A stretch of 62,115 nucleotides of DNA, the filler included, from Choristocarpus tenellus KU-1152 (lineage: Eukaryota > Protista > Phaeophyceae): assembly GCA_964200185.2 (NCBI GenBank). It is 10 parts of 10 records of this genome, joined end to end, with 100 filler letters (N's around TTAATTAATTAA, not from the genome) between each part and the next. Parts side by side here need not be neighbours in the genome. Positions count along the whole stretch, not along the records: positions 1 to 19,898 come from CAXNAD020000435.1; positions 19,999 to 25,998 come from CAXNAD020009203.1; positions 26,099 to 34,325 come from CAXNAD020004972.1; 7 more parts are not named here. One strand, given 5' to 3'. Positions 14,395-27,689 of the stretch are shown piece after piece. Each line of letters begins with the position of its first letter. Position 1 is the first letter of the stretch. The notes below the pieces were generated by a model. That model ran no database searches. It was not told the DNA's origin and saw nothing but the letters and a program-made list of their open reading frames with translations. The position numbers were made by a program, and so were the translations under genes.

Positions 14395-17300
14395 CTGGAC
14401 AGTCCGGAGAACAAAGAACAGATCAGACGGAAATCCCTTCACTGCATTTGTCTGGAGGGTACTTTTGGGCGACAGGGGATTCATTTCCAAGCCAGGCACT
14501 TGGCGCGTGTCAAACATTGATACAGCCAGCAAGGCTGTGGATTCTTTGTCCTCCGGATTTTGTACCTTTTGACAAACAAATGATCAAGTACAATGGAATA
14601 GGTTAACCATTACCGGCATGAATTACATGTTACTTAGATAGATAGCACAGCAAACAACATGGTGCAAAGTACAACACGACGAGGCTGCAAGGTAACGCCT
14701 CTCACAGCGTTTGATCCGCTCCAAAATGTCAACTTCATGTCACAGAGATTGGTAGTATCACCCGAAATTAATACATCTACAGGGGATGTATGTATATATA
14801 TTTGTCCAGCCTACTCTGTACCACAAACGCACATCATTATCTCCACAGCTATGAAGAGTTTTTCATAAATAGAACCTCAGAGTTAATCACAATGTTGCAA
14901 TTTGCTTCACTGAGTGCATAGCCCAAGACACACAATGACACCTACGAGATGGGGACGATGTGACCTCTTGTGAGGTTATGAGAGGTTGTTCTAAGACAAG
15001 GAAGATTACAAACACTGAAAAAAATAATTTACCAATAGATCAGACAGCAGCTCACAATACAACACACTATTTCAACCTGCAGTCTCCTTGCTAATTCTCA
15101 AAACCATTTAATTATATTACCACTACTATCATAATTACTACTGGTCATGGTAACCACCAACAGGGTAGTCTTCATAGCACCAAACACAAACAGCAATCCC
15201 AATTCCTGTATCATAGGCTTGGGGAGAAGACATCAAACCATGACAATTGATGTGACTGACGCCTTCCTTGTATCGAGATTCAAAACAAAAATCCCCTAAC
15301 ACAAACACAACGCAATACATTCTTAACACCCATACTTCACTCAAACAATCTCAAGCGATAAACTACGATAACGCTGCTGCACCAATCAGGCACAACCTCT
15401 TTTTTGTATCTATTCCTACATTTCCACATCTTTGCGTGGATCCCCATGGTGTACCCTATTCCGTCACCATTGAGGAAAAGAGGGCATTGTATTTTATTTT
15501 ATTTTACAAGAATAGAACAGTCACTATACCGTACTCATCACTACTACACCACATTAAGTCAACAGGACGCCAGTGCCTATTTCACTCCTCCTCAATGCTC
15601 AAACTACACCACTAAAACACCTCCGGGGATAGACCTCGATCACTCCTCACTTGGCCAACAGTTGCTCAAGTAAGCTTCACACACAACTCTGTCCCCCCCC
15701 CCCCTCCAACTACATATACAAACAACTCTTTATGTACCTGAATCCCAAGTGCACAGAAGCTGTCTGCAATGGGTCCTGAGTCTCCAACACGTAGCGCCTC
15801 CATGAGAGTTGCCAGCTTCACCTGTAGATCCTGTGGCACAGTCTTGACCTGGCCCCAGTCAAGCAACCCCAAGCGTGTGTCAGGCAACAGAAGAATGTTT
15901 CCGGGGTGGGGGTCAGCGTTGAACAGACCCTCTTCAAACAGCATGTGCCCCCATGCACTCGACAGCACCTGCAGGTGTCAAACGGCAACATGGGTTGGTA
16001 TGAATAGCAGCATGAAATTAAGTTGGGCACTGAAAACACTACAAGGCTTTCACAAGCAGATTTTAATTGAACAGTAAGAGAAATTGAAGGGACACCACAT
16101 GGTAGTAGTTGATCTAGATGTCAGTTGTACACAAGGTGCAACAACATTGGGAAAAGGCAAGCCAGCAAATAGTAGAAATAATAATAATAATAATAATAGT
16201 AACAGTAAAAAGATTGAGCAGGAAGTAGGTATGGTACGACGAGCAACATGTCCATCACTAGAAAGTCCAATGCAGCATACCCAGCCAATATGATTTATTT
16301 TTTTCCCCACGAAAACAATCCCCTTGATCTCAATATCACCCTGTCCTACACTCAGACTGCAACGAAAAGGAATCTGGTTTACATTAAATAAAATAAAAAA
16401 CTCTAGGCCAGTACGATCGATCCCCCTGTGAAACATGTTCACATTCTATGCCAACCAACTGTCTCTCTCTGCTGAAATCCTTCAAAAACTGAATGGAGAG
16501 TATTGGCAGCTTGGCAGCAGGGTGCAAAAGAGACGTTGAACCATCAATGTAACATCAATGCCAGGACCAGGATATGATACCCAGGAACATAAAAAGGTTT
16601 TCAACAATAATCCAAGCTCTTGATCCAACACAAAATTGAAGGTGTGACATGTGGGCAAATTTAAACCATCCCTTCTCATCAGGGCCGCTGATTGAACTGC
16701 AAATAACATACCTGTGACATCTCCTCAGGGGCAGCATTAGCTTATGACATACCAGCTGGATGAAAAAAAATGACAACCCTCAAACTACTCTTATGCCTAT
16801 GCGCTCCGAAGTTGTCTCGACTAGAAGGTTCTGCATCATTTCCAACCTTGAATATTCTTCCTTGAATTTTCTTCAACTATGAGCATCGCACCAACAAAAC
16901 AGAAATGTTGGACACTTCTCACAGTCACAACAAAGTTCACACTACTACTTCACACTACTACTCAGAACGGGCGGCCGGAGGAATACATTCCTGTGCTCCA
17001 TGTAACTGCCAGGGCTGTACAGCAACAACTCTTATGTAACTGAAAAATAGCCCCGGACTACATTTCCAGGAAGTGCACAAAACACAATTGTCAATTAAAT
17101 AGTACCATCAAAAGAAAAAAAAATGTAGGACAAGAAAAAAAAACTATTTTCCATGCCGCAACTTGAAATTTAACCATCCACGAAATGAAAAGGAGTTAGT
17201 CAGTTCTTATATACAGGGCTTCGAGCATTTGTTGCTTGTGTCCTCCTAATAGGAGCAGCGTGACTGTGTCCAAGAGCAGTCTAGCAGGTTAAGAAAAATA

Positions 17301-19882
17301 AATACCTCTTTCCTTCCTCACCCAACTACCCACCCACCCTCCCTCCCTCCCTCCCTCCTTTGCAATGGTAAGTATGCCTTCCAAGTTCACCTCAAGCATT
17401 CGTTTCCCTCTTCGTGAGAAAAGTCTCCTTGTCAGCAATGATGGGGCAAGTAAGCGGCTGAATGGGACACCCTCTATGTAAGACATCACCAGCACCTGGT
17501 GCAACAAAGGGAAATCACACACACACACACACACACACAAAATATCTCAGTTGGAGACAATCAAGCTCTTACTTGAAAGCTCCTTACCAAAACACTATCT
17601 TTATGTTGGTGTGATATTGCAGTCTACTGATGTGGACGAGGGATGGGTGGGGAAGTAGTTTACACACTGTTTAATCTTCTTTTTTTAATGTATCATCCAA
17701 TTGATACCGTTGTATCATCTAATTTAATACCACTATATTATCCAATTACTACAATTATATCACCCAATTAACACCATTACATCATCCAATTAATACCATT
17801 ATATCATCCAATTACTACCATTTTACTATGCATTTTTTTGGTCTGGGTGAAGATTGAACCCCAAGTTGATGCATAGGCAGGCCATAGGGTCAATATGCAT
17901 GTATCCCAGCCACATTGACACTCCCTCAGTTTCAACTGCATTTTGTTTTTGGCTCATTTGTCATTTGTCATCTGTCATCTGTCATCTGTCATTTCTTCAT
18001 TTTAAAAGGTGTGTTGCATCTTGGCAGGCCACGCTTGGAACACGATTCCGAAGGACGGACATTGCTTTGAGCGCACGAGCACGCACCACTGAGGGGAATG
18101 ATTCAGTGCCTCCGTGGGGTGACATAACACAACGAGTCAATGCCGCAACAAACTTGTGCTGCAAATTGTATTGGTCGCACAATCAACAGAAGAGGTACTG
18201 CAGTGTCAGAAGAAGGTACATGAAGCGCTTATTATTATTATTATTATTATTATTAAAAAAAAAAAATCTCACCTTCTTGGACACGAGTCGACTGGTGGGG
18301 ACAGACACTTCAGGCACAGCACGCTTCAATGAGGCAGACATGAAATCCATTGACTGTGCCTCCTTGAAGAAGTCAAACTCCTGACGGACCTACGATCAAC
18401 ACAATCGACGAAACCAACACAACCAAGACGGTTGGTTGGAAGCAAATAAGACCTGCAGGCTGCACCAACTGTCTGGGAAAGGGGACTAAAAAAAAAAAAC
18501 TCGAGTGGGACTGGCTTTGGCGTCGACATTGTTATTGGCACTACCTAATAAGCAAAAACCCTGCCAGAACTTATTTGTATCTCTGACCACCATCATCAAC
18601 TTGGCGCTATAGGCTATCCACAAACTTACCTGCTTTCTCAGCTCATCCACAGGGCTGACCAGGTCAAAATTGAGCTCATGCCTCTGCAGAAAGGAAGCTA
18701 GCCGCCTGAGGTTGCTGAGGTCATGGAGCATGGTCTGTTCCCCTCCTGGGAACTGTACTTTCACTGCCACCTTTTCCCCTGTGCTCTTCAGTCGCCCCTC
18801 ATGCACCTGCCTTGGCATAACCCCAAATTATGGGCGTGGCTCATTTGTCAACAGACAATCACGCAGTCCAGGGTATTCATAAAAGTAAAAAAAAAATAAG
18901 ATAAATAATTAAAAGAGAATGTGGTATGTTGTACGTAATTGCCCGATGTACAAAAATCAGCATATCAAGACCTATCAAGAGCTAGAAACAAACAAAAAAA
19001 TTGTCTGTGGATCAGCACCCTCTGCATGGAGAGAGTAAGTACTAGGTGCTTTCCAGCACGATTTTCTCCCAATTGTGTCTAAAGAACTAGATATTGTAGG
19101 AAAGGTGGATGCATCCCTCCCAGTGGGCTGTGTGCTTGGTGAACACGGAATGTGGGGTTTTTCTTTCCTGTGTGTCACCTGAGGCGTTTTCACTCCTATC
19201 TTAACAGAAAATGGTTCTTCGTGTGTCCCAATTTTTGTTGTTTATTTTCACATCCTTTTTTTTATTTTTTATTCTATCTATTTTCTGTACAAGCATTTTC
19301 TTCCTGCACACTTCTCTCTCCTGTTTGTCTTGCCTTTCCTGACACACAGGTCCCACCTGGATTAGACAAAAAATAATATGCGCTTTGCATTATGAAAAAA
19401 AAAGTAACAAAACATAATGGAGCAAACCTCAATACGAACAGAACAACCGCTCCTTAGAACTGTGAGAAAGGTAAAATAACTGGGCACTACATGTCTGCAA
19501 AACACACCTGACATACAAGATGCCACAACTGGACACTCAATATGTACAACTCCAGAGTACACAGACAATCACCTGACTAATGGAGGCACTCCCCACTGGC
19601 TCACGAAGATTAAGCTCCGAAAATATCTCATCAACAGCTAGGCCAAGACCAACCTCGATCTCGTGACGCACCTGTTTTCAACAGCAGAAAGGATACCTTA
19701 TGTTTTACTCAGGACACTGAACTGACCAAAATGTCGGTACAGCCTAGGGCAGTTTCTTAGCAGCAATTACATGGAAGTTTCGCTGCCATAGTAATAATAA
19801 TATCAATAATAAAACAATACTAATCACTGGCCTGTTCCTCGGGCATTGGAGGTACTTGATCGAGGAGCTGGCTGAGCTTTTT
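14395..19882 (-). CDS. ABC1/UbiB (aarF-domain) atypical protein kinase, partial (5' and last exons not found)
   Basis: Phase-0 exons 19882-19832 (LLDQVPPMPEEQ), 19671-19573 (PVGSASISQ), 18806-18630 (VHEGRLK..VAVKVQFPG..DL), 18389-18273 (EFDFFKEA), 17495-17391 (VLVMSYIEG), 15968-15738 (FNADPHPGNIL..LLDWGQVK), 14565-14395 (FPSDLFFVLRTVQ). These are hallmark ABC1 motifs. Confidence 0.92.
17691..17822. repeat. Approx. 22-bp minisatellite, about 6 copies
   Basis: tatcatccaattaataccatta variants in tandem in an ABC1 intron. Confidence 0.85.
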
Positions 19883-19898
19883 CTGGGGGGGGGGGGGG

Positions 19899-19998
19899 NN
19901 NNNNNNNNNNNNNNNNNNNNNNNNNNNNNNNNNNNNNNNNNNTTAATTAATTAANNNNNNNNNNNNNNNNNNNNNNNNNNNNNNNNNNNNNNNNNNNN
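19899..19998. other. Artificial contig linker (also 25999-26098, 34326-34425, 40533-40632, 44152-44251, 47869-47968, 51003-51102, 54261-54360, 59233-59332)
   Basis: Identical 100-bp N44-TTAATTAATTAA-N44 spacers placing stop codons in all six frames. Confidence 0.98.
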
Positions 19999-20177
19999 TC
20001 TCAAAGTATCGGGGGGGGGTGGGGGGTCTACACTAGGGTGTCCATTTGGGTCAAAACCAGGAAAAGTGCACTTACATTATCCATCCGACTCACGCAACCA
20101 AATTACCCAAAAATTGCGACATGGAAAGAATGGACCCCAAATGGACACCCGCCTCCCTCCCCCAGATACTTTGAGCC
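19999..20177 (+). mobile_element. MITE family B (about 180 bp, G-tract subtermini)
   Basis: ..CTCAAAGTATCGGGG..CCCAGATACTTTGAGCC followed by TTTT; homologous in reverse to 42193-42372. Confidence 0.85.
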
Positions 20178-20357
20178 TTTTCCTACTCCAAAATGTTTTG
20201 GAGTAGGTAAAATGTATACGTTGTGAAAAGGTGTGTCTGAAACATAGATATATTGACACTTCCTAACAAATATGACAGCCAAAATTACATCCAAATCGCG
20301 ACCTTGGATTTTGACCCCCAAATGGACGCGGCTCTACCATCTAAGATACTTTGGCTC
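20178..20357 (-). mobile_element. MITE family A copy interrupted by a family B element
   Basis: Reverse-complement homology to 2266-2504, ending ATACTTTGGCTC at 20357. Confidence 0.85.
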
Positions 20358-21319
20358 ATGCTTGACGACTTGTGCATCAGGAGTCCTATACGTACATCAT
20401 TATCATCTATAGGCCCGTAGATTGGAGCTATACATCCTGTGGAGGTAAGCTTTTGGGGGCACCTGTAACAGATACTTTGAGTCATGTTGCATTTAGAATG
20501 TTTTTTGTCATTAATGTTCAATGTTTGTTTCAATGTATGTATGTAAGTATGTATGTCCGAGAGTAGTGTGTAGCACTACTGTTACAGGTGAATAGCGCGA
20601 GCATTTCTTTCCGCGTACCAACATGCGTGAACAGCGTACAAACGTAAGAATTCATACAAGAGAAACGTTGAATTAATGAAGAGCTGCGGAGTAAGATTTG
20701 AAATGCATACATATCCTCACAGAATAGACGTTAATCCCTGGGAGTTGCAGAAAGGTTTTGAAATTTGAGTACGTAGACAACAGCTTGCAGATGTCTTTTG
20801 ACTTATAGTCTGAATAAACGGGTGGATAATGAAAATAGAAAAGAGGACTTTTGGAAGACCATCCATTTACCCCTCCTTCAGTTCTTTGATCTAAACATTA
20901 AGTTCAGCTTTGAGCTAAGCACTGAATGAAGCATCGAGAGAAAAACGTCTGACACCCAGGTAACTGTCACCAAGGGTAACTCCCCCATAGCATCGTTCTA
21001 GGGTCGTTGGATTTGAGTTGCACATCCTGTGGAGGTGAGTTCTGGAGCGTGTTGTAACACTACTAAGGCTATCTATATACTATTTTTTTTCATTTTTTTG
21101 CAGATATATGCAATGCATTATCTTTATTGTTTGGTCTGTATATCGTGTCCCATACAGTGCCTTACACATACTACCAATACTACTATTGCTACTACAACCA
21201 TTCCTAAACACATTTGTTCAGTTGTCTTGCGAAGAGCATGATGATACTGTATAGAAAGCATCAATGATCAGTCTTTTATATTAAAATGTTGGTCCTGGGC
21301 CTGACACGTCCTTCCCATT

Positions 21320-21577
21320 GAGCCAAAGTATCTAGAGGGTAGGGCCATGTCCATTTGGTGGCCAAAATCTAATGTTGCGATTTTGATGTAATTTTGGCTA
21401 TCGTGTTTGTTGGGAAGTGTCAATATCCTTGTTCCGGACTCCCCTTTTCATAACGTATACATTTTAACCTACTCCGAAACATTATGGAGTTGGAAAATGT
21501 AATAAAAAATCATGGAAGTCAAGCCCCAAATGGACAAACAGGGCAAAACTCGTACCCCCTCTAAGATACTTTTACTC
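21320..21577 (+). mobile_element. MITE family A copy
   Basis: GAGCCAAAGTATC..GATACTTTTACTC with TSD CATT on both sides. Confidence 0.9.
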
Positions 21578-21939
21578 CATTCCTCCAACACAACTCTATA
21601 TATTCGTTGTCCTTACCATTTTAATCATTGTCACCCTTCCTTGAGTTTTTGTAAATCGTAGCAGCAGCAGCAGTAGTAGTAGTACTAGCAATAGTAGTTG
21701 TATACTATTTCTACAACTATGATATACATGGCAGGGACAAAGAGAGACAGACGATATGAAGTTATCACATACCAAATAGGAATAAAGGAAAAAATATCCC
21801 AAAGGTATGATTGGACACGAAGGAGGTGGTAGATATCCACCACACAACACAAGGGGTTGACAAAAATACAGTCATCATCGTCATCACTGAGTGATAAGTT
21901 TCACACTTTAAAATGCTAACAGAGCCTGCACACGCGCTC

Positions 21940-22480
21940 AAAACGGTGCCTGATTGAGCTTCATTTCAACTACATCCCCACCAGCGACAAGCTGCACTAT
22001 GTGTGGGGAGATTCTACTTTTGTTGTTCCCTCTCACAAACATATATGGAAAAAAAATGAACTTCTACTAAGTGCCACTCTGGGTCTCAATGGGGAGCTCT
22101 TAATCCAAAAGATCCTGAGTTTATTCAAAATACTTTCACCCAATCAAATAATCTAACCACAACTCAAGCTGATTTCCAAATATCCAACCCTCCTTGTAAA
22201 CCTCCTAAATTAAGTGACAACGTAAATTCTACATGGAGGCATACGTTCCTCAGCCAACGTAGAGAATAACATCCATAATAATATATTCTGGTATCTGATT
22301 CAAAATAACATCGATCCTTCAGGTTTTGTCCTCAACCTCAACCTCTCCACCCTACAACATTATTACCTGGTTTTGTGTAGATAAATCTGATTTCGACACC
22401 CCTGTACAGATGACAAACATATCCATTTCCATGTCTGCCAAACATCTCTACCTTCACCTCTATAATATAATCTCTACAGG
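21940..22480 (+). mobile_element. Possible L1/Tx1-like 3' remnant
   Basis: Broken frames CTMCG..FCCSLSQ..IWKK resemble the C-terminal zinc motif of L1-group ORF2; highly decayed. Confidence 0.3.
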
Positions 22481-22665
22481 GTAGTATTAGGATGTCAAGG
22501 TTTTGTTTTATTATTTCATTAAATGGGTCAAGGATTTTGTTTGGGGGTACGTATAATCGTGTACGAAAGGTTTGTTAAAAGTGAATAGGTAAGGTGTTCC
22601 TTCTCATCCTGAAAAAGTCAACAGTCGTCCTTCTACGCATTTATTTCTATTTATAATTATTATTT

Positions 22666-22928
22666 GAGTGAAAATATCTTGGAGGGTACGAGTTTTGAGA
22701 TGTTTGTCCATTTGTGGATTGGCTTCCCTCGGGGTTTTTTATGACACTTCCTTACTCCCAAATATTTCGGTGTAGTCAAATTGTATACGTTATATAAAGG
22801 TTTGTCCAGAACAAGGATATATATATGACACTTCCTAGCAAACATGATAGTCAAATTGCATCGAAATCGTAACATTGGATTTTGGTCCCCAAATGGATGC
22901 GGCTCTACCCTCTATGATACTTTGGCTC
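22666..22928 (-). mobile_element. MITE family A copy
   Basis: GAGTGAAAATATC..ATACTTTGGCTC; flanks ATTT/TTTT (3 of 4 match). Confidence 0.88.
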
Positions 22929-25139
22929 TTTTGTCGTGTACTAGTCAGGGATAATCTCGTGCTACCTGTGATCGATAGTACTACACATCGAACTACTTCT
23001 CATACTAATTATTGACTAGCCGTTGAAAAGTACTACGTATAATTATACTGTTTCCGTTCCTGCCTTCGTTCTCGCGTGTTGGGCTCAGCACTTCCACTGG
23101 TCATCCCTCCATCTTCTCCCTTGAATCTTCTGAACCAGTCCCAAAGCTTTCCACCTTGATCTTTGGTCTGGCATTGTTGTGGTATGGCACAGAGAGGTGG
23201 AGAGTGGTACAGGTGTAGTACATACAATCTGTCGTACTTACCACATACAACAGGATAGTCGACACCTATTTTTTGTGAAAAAGAAGCCTGTTGTCGAAGG
23301 GTTTGAACTGGTTAAATTCGTGTAGGTACTCCCACTTCATGTACTGAACCCCCATGACACATACCCTTTGTTCCACTCCACAATAATATTTCCGCAAAGG
23401 AAATCTTATCTTTTGGTACAGAAATCTACTCCCCATTACATTGTAGATAGTGGAACAATGTTCAATACTAGTAGTTCTCCGTACTCAATAGTATTCCTAA
23501 TATTTCTCACAAATGCCAACTACTTCGTAACAAGTTAAATTTTCAATTTTGTCGATCAAAGTTTTTCAATATTTTTGTTACATGATTGATTTTATTGAAC
23601 ATTAATTCTATCCACAAACTATTTTTTCATCTCTTCTATATTATGAAAACTCAAAAAGCAGATATCCATAGTTGGTAGAACAATTACTTTGACACTCTTT
23701 TGATGGCTTAATGTGACTACAAACTAACTGGCTCTATAGTCCTATTCGTTTTTCTTATTACTTTATTAGTGCAAGCGTGACGATCAATGGTAGAAAGGTG
23801 TAGCATGGAAGTGCGGAGCGTCTTTCTACCTGACTCTTAATCAATAGAAAGATACAGATAGGTGTGGTCAACAACACTGTGGCTGATAATGAATTATTTA
23901 CATGAGATGAGAAATGTATGTTGCTGATCCTTACCTATTGACCAAGATCTTCCAGGACCGTCTTTCAAGAGTTGTGTGACTCTGCCAGCATTATCGTGTG
24001 CATGAACCCTAAAGCTGCCTCTGAGAGAACTGATCCAAGAGAAGATAGTGGTTGCTGTAGAAGTCAATAAACGATATTGAAGAAAAGGAGGGAAGGGAAT
24101 ACATCTCTGCAGCAAGTGTTCCCAAGATGCATCCTCCTCTCGAATCTGTACCTTACCCTTACAGCGCAGTTATTTTTGGAAGCACGGGAATGATTGGAAG
24201 GTGAGGTGTGACCATGTTGCCATCTCCCATGCCTTTGATCACATAATGACATGAATATTTTTGCCTGGAAACTGTAGTAGTCCAACTTGTCCATAAAGTA
24301 TGGTGCTTGTGTTCCTGACCCAGACGCACATGGTTGGTCAAAGATATTAAAACTTTATCCACTCACTCTTCCTTGGGACCTCTGTGCCGACAGGGCCTTA
24401 GTGAAGGAGCTTGCGATCTCGGATCAATGCCACTCTGTGTTGGCCATCGTCCGGTAAGTCTGATTTAGATATGCATAGAAACTTCCCGTCAGTAATTCTG
24501 CGTGCAAGGGTTGGTACAGGGAGGACCCCTACGTTGAGGGATTTGGGTGAACTGGACAAGCGTTTAGGGTTTGGCGGTTTGGCTTGCAGATAATCCGTGA
24601 GTGATACTGGTTACGAGTGTACTAAGGGTCTATGTTACAAAGTATTGAGATCGGATTCCTCCCAGTTTCCAGTTGGTTGTACCCATCATTCATCGTGTAT
24701 CCTTGGTGTTACATGTCTAGTGTTCAATCCATCTCTGTTCCTCATGCCAAAAAATGAAGGAGGGTGCATGTACCATTATCGGAACACTACTGCGTGCTTG
24801 ACACCTCCTTCCCAACTTAAAGTCCAATACGTTACCCTGCTCACCCTTTTTTTTTATTGTCCAAAGATCAAGTACTGATATTGTCACGAGAATCGTTTTT
24901 CTGCGATTATGGGAAATGTGGGCCAAGTATTCCACGAGTTTCTACATTATATTAATTTCTTTTGCGATGATTGATTGCTGCATGGCTTGGGGCAGGGGAT
25001 ATTAATAGCAGGACTTAATGCTCACTATCCATACATGCATATCTTCAACTATGTAAGTGTTGTTCAGCTTGTAACCATTTTTTGAGCAATAACCAATTAT
25101 GTCCATTGCCACTCATGCTGGCCATATCGATTCAGTGAG

Positions 25140-25399
25140 GGGTCAAAGTACCTTAGAGGGTAGAGTCGTGTCCGTTTGGGGGCCAAAATCCAATGTCGTG
25201 ATATGAATGTGATTTTGACTATCGTCCATGTTAGGAAGTGTCAATATCCTTGTTCCGGACACAGCTTTTCATACCATACACATTTTTACCTACTCCGAAA
25301 TGTTTCGGAGTAGGTAGAATGTCATGAAAAACCTGTGGGAAGCCAAGCCCCAAACAGACAAACAGGCCAAAACTCTTCCCCTCCAAGATACTTTCACTC
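25140..25399 (+). mobile_element. MITE family A copy
   Basis: GGGTCAAAGTAC..GATACTTTCACTC with TSD TGAG on both sides. Confidence 0.9.
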
Positions 25400-25507
25400 T
25401 GAGCATATAACTGTATATATCAATTTGGGGTCACCTTTGGTACAGCTACTGCATCACACCTCCCTACTCATGAATATTATGAATTGTACAATATTTGGTG
25501 TATACTA

Positions 25508-25998
25508 CTACCTCCGTGCCATAGGTGTGTGCTGCGTTGTCCATAACTTTTGAAGATAATGATGAAATTAATTTCTGAAAGAAGATTTGGAATCCTTAAC
25601 GAGTTTTTGGTTAGGGTCAGCTCTTATTTATTATTATTTCCCATCCATCACAATTTTATCAGCCACAGAAAAAGTCTCCGTGTATTCCTTTGACATTGAC
25701 ATATTTTCAAGCTGCCTCTTCCTTACCTCACTGTGCTCCACACTGAAGTCATCCCCTCTTTGCTTCTAAGCATTTGATTGTACACCAACATGAAGGAGCT
25801 GCTAAGCCCTCTCAAGTGTGGTTTCATCATACTCCTCACACTGTTTCTCAATGACCTTCACCATCTCCTCAACGGATCCAAACCGCTCCCCCATCACCTG
25901 GCATTTCAAAGATCTGAAGAAGCACAGGTCCATGATATTGAGGTCGGGGGAGTTAGATGGCTGCTTCACAAGCCTAACCTACCACCCCTCAGTCTTCC
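25508..25998 (-). mobile_element. 3' end of a Tc1/mariner DD39D (plant-mariner type) transposon, degenerate
   Basis: A minus frame missed by the ORF track reads VRLVKQPSNSPDLNIMDLCFFRSLKCQV..FGSVEEMVKVIEK..EEYD..TLERA (about 25975-25800). Terminus TA|CTACCTCCGT at 25506-25517 resembles the Stowaway TIR. Confidence 0.8.
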
Positions 25999-26554
25999 NN
26001 NNNNNNNNNNNNNNNNNNNNNNNNNNNNNNNNNNNNNNNNNNTTAATTAATTAANNNNNNNNNNNNNNNNNNNNNNNNNNNNNNNNNNNNNNNNNNNNCC
26101 CCCCCAGATACTTTGACCCTAAGCAAGAAGTTGTTGAGATCCCTGGCCATCTCGAAGGCTTGCCCCCTTAAATAAAACTTTTTTTTGTTTGATCCCACCC
26201 AGTGGTAAGAGATTATGTTCCTTGTAGGCAGGCGCATGATTTCTGCTCCACCAAGATCCAAAAGATTGAAGTAGAAGACAACTGGAACCCATCACTCCAG
26301 ATCTCTGAACATTAGGGTTACTAACAACAATATGTGAAGAAGGGTGAGAAGGTAATTCCTTTCGCCTGAAAAAAGGATTAGATGGTGTGCAGATTCTTCA
26401 AAGTGGAGTGCACAACCCCTTCCTGACAAAAAAAGGCTGTATGACCTTTGCTCGCGGGGAATTAAGCCAATAAACCAGGGCAAAGATCCATCTCTAAAAA
26501 GGTGACCACTGATCCAATTCGTCCAAACCCTCTATCTCAATGCAGTTCCCCTTG

Positions 26555-26828
26555 GACCCAAAGTATCCTAGAGGTGTGGTCAAGCGTCCATTGGGGGCCT
26601 GTATGACCGTGTAGTGATTTCTATGTCGTTCAAGTAAACATGTCAGATGTAGGGGAAATTTTCTTCATCTTAACGCACCTTCCTTTTCCATCCCCTTGGC
26701 TGCACCAAATTCGAAGGAAAATCGCCTGCAAAACGGACATCAAACTGAGGTATTTACAACATCTCATTGAGCCCCAAATGGACAACCTGGACTAAACACC
26801 CCCCTCCCCCCTCTAGGATACTATGATC
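26555..26828 (+). mobile_element. Related TIR element (third subfamily)
   Basis: GACCCAAAGTATCCTAGAGG..CCTCTAGGATACTATGATC, with GTCCATTGGGG / CCCCAAATGGAC subterminal motifs. Further partial ends at about 20483, 26099-26119, 31520-31560, 47620-47675, 50735-50786, 50916-51002, 51103-51164 and 56958-56980. Confidence 0.75.
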
Positions 26829-27689
26829 AGTGAGAAATCTGCTATGGCCTAGCGCACCCATAACCTAACAATCACGAGTAGGGGACAATTGTTACTCACT
26901 CACTATTACATAAGCTAAGACATTGTAACTTGATCACCACAACAACCCAAGCACCTCATTTTTACCAAAGTTCCTGGGATGGTATCTGCATAACCCCTAG
27001 GTTATTAAAGTTACAGAGTCAAATTAACCGAGAGGTACCTAGAGTTGCATTTTAAGGACAACAAATTTGTGCAAAGTTTGGATTATTGTATAAATATTTG
27101 TGAGGAATTTCTGGATTCTGTAATGAAATTTAAACCAAGAAATCAACACTCTCAACTCAATCTTAGTACTTCATCCATATAAATAAGGGCGAATTACCAA
27201 AGAAAAAAAAGCAGCTTAAAATGCAAAGCGGCCAAAACTTGGGTACCTATCGTTTACTTTGGCTCACAATAGTATGTTTTCCATCATGGACATAACTTTG
27301 GAGTTCCAAACCTGTAGTGAACAACCTTTCAACGGACTCTTTCAAATTGGCCACATGATTCTTCTTTTTTTTAACATTACATGACTCCACCATGAGCAAA
27401 ACTTGGAGTTCCAATCGCTGTAGATGATAACCTTTCAAGGAACTCCCTCAAATTGGCCATGTGAACATTCTTAGGATACACGGGTGATTCATATTTTTTT
27501 CTCTCGCGGGAATGTCTGCCATGATGTGTTGGCCAGCAATCTCTTTTCTTGCGTGCAGACAGAGACCACACTGAAGGGGGAGGGGGGGTGATGTGACGGA
27601 CAGGTCCCGTTAAGGACTGATCTCATTCAAATCCATTTCCACACCCAAGATTTTAATACTGGATTGTAGGTCACCAAGAGTGGCAAAAC

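Noticed and set aside
17691-17822. Short repeats as a possible CRISPR array (also 41415-41482 and 52250-52355)
   Set aside because: Head-to-tail repeats without unique spacers, no cas genes, eukaryotic context.
23100-24900. Coding-like decayed sequence
   Set aside because: No motif could be assigned; probably old transposon debris.
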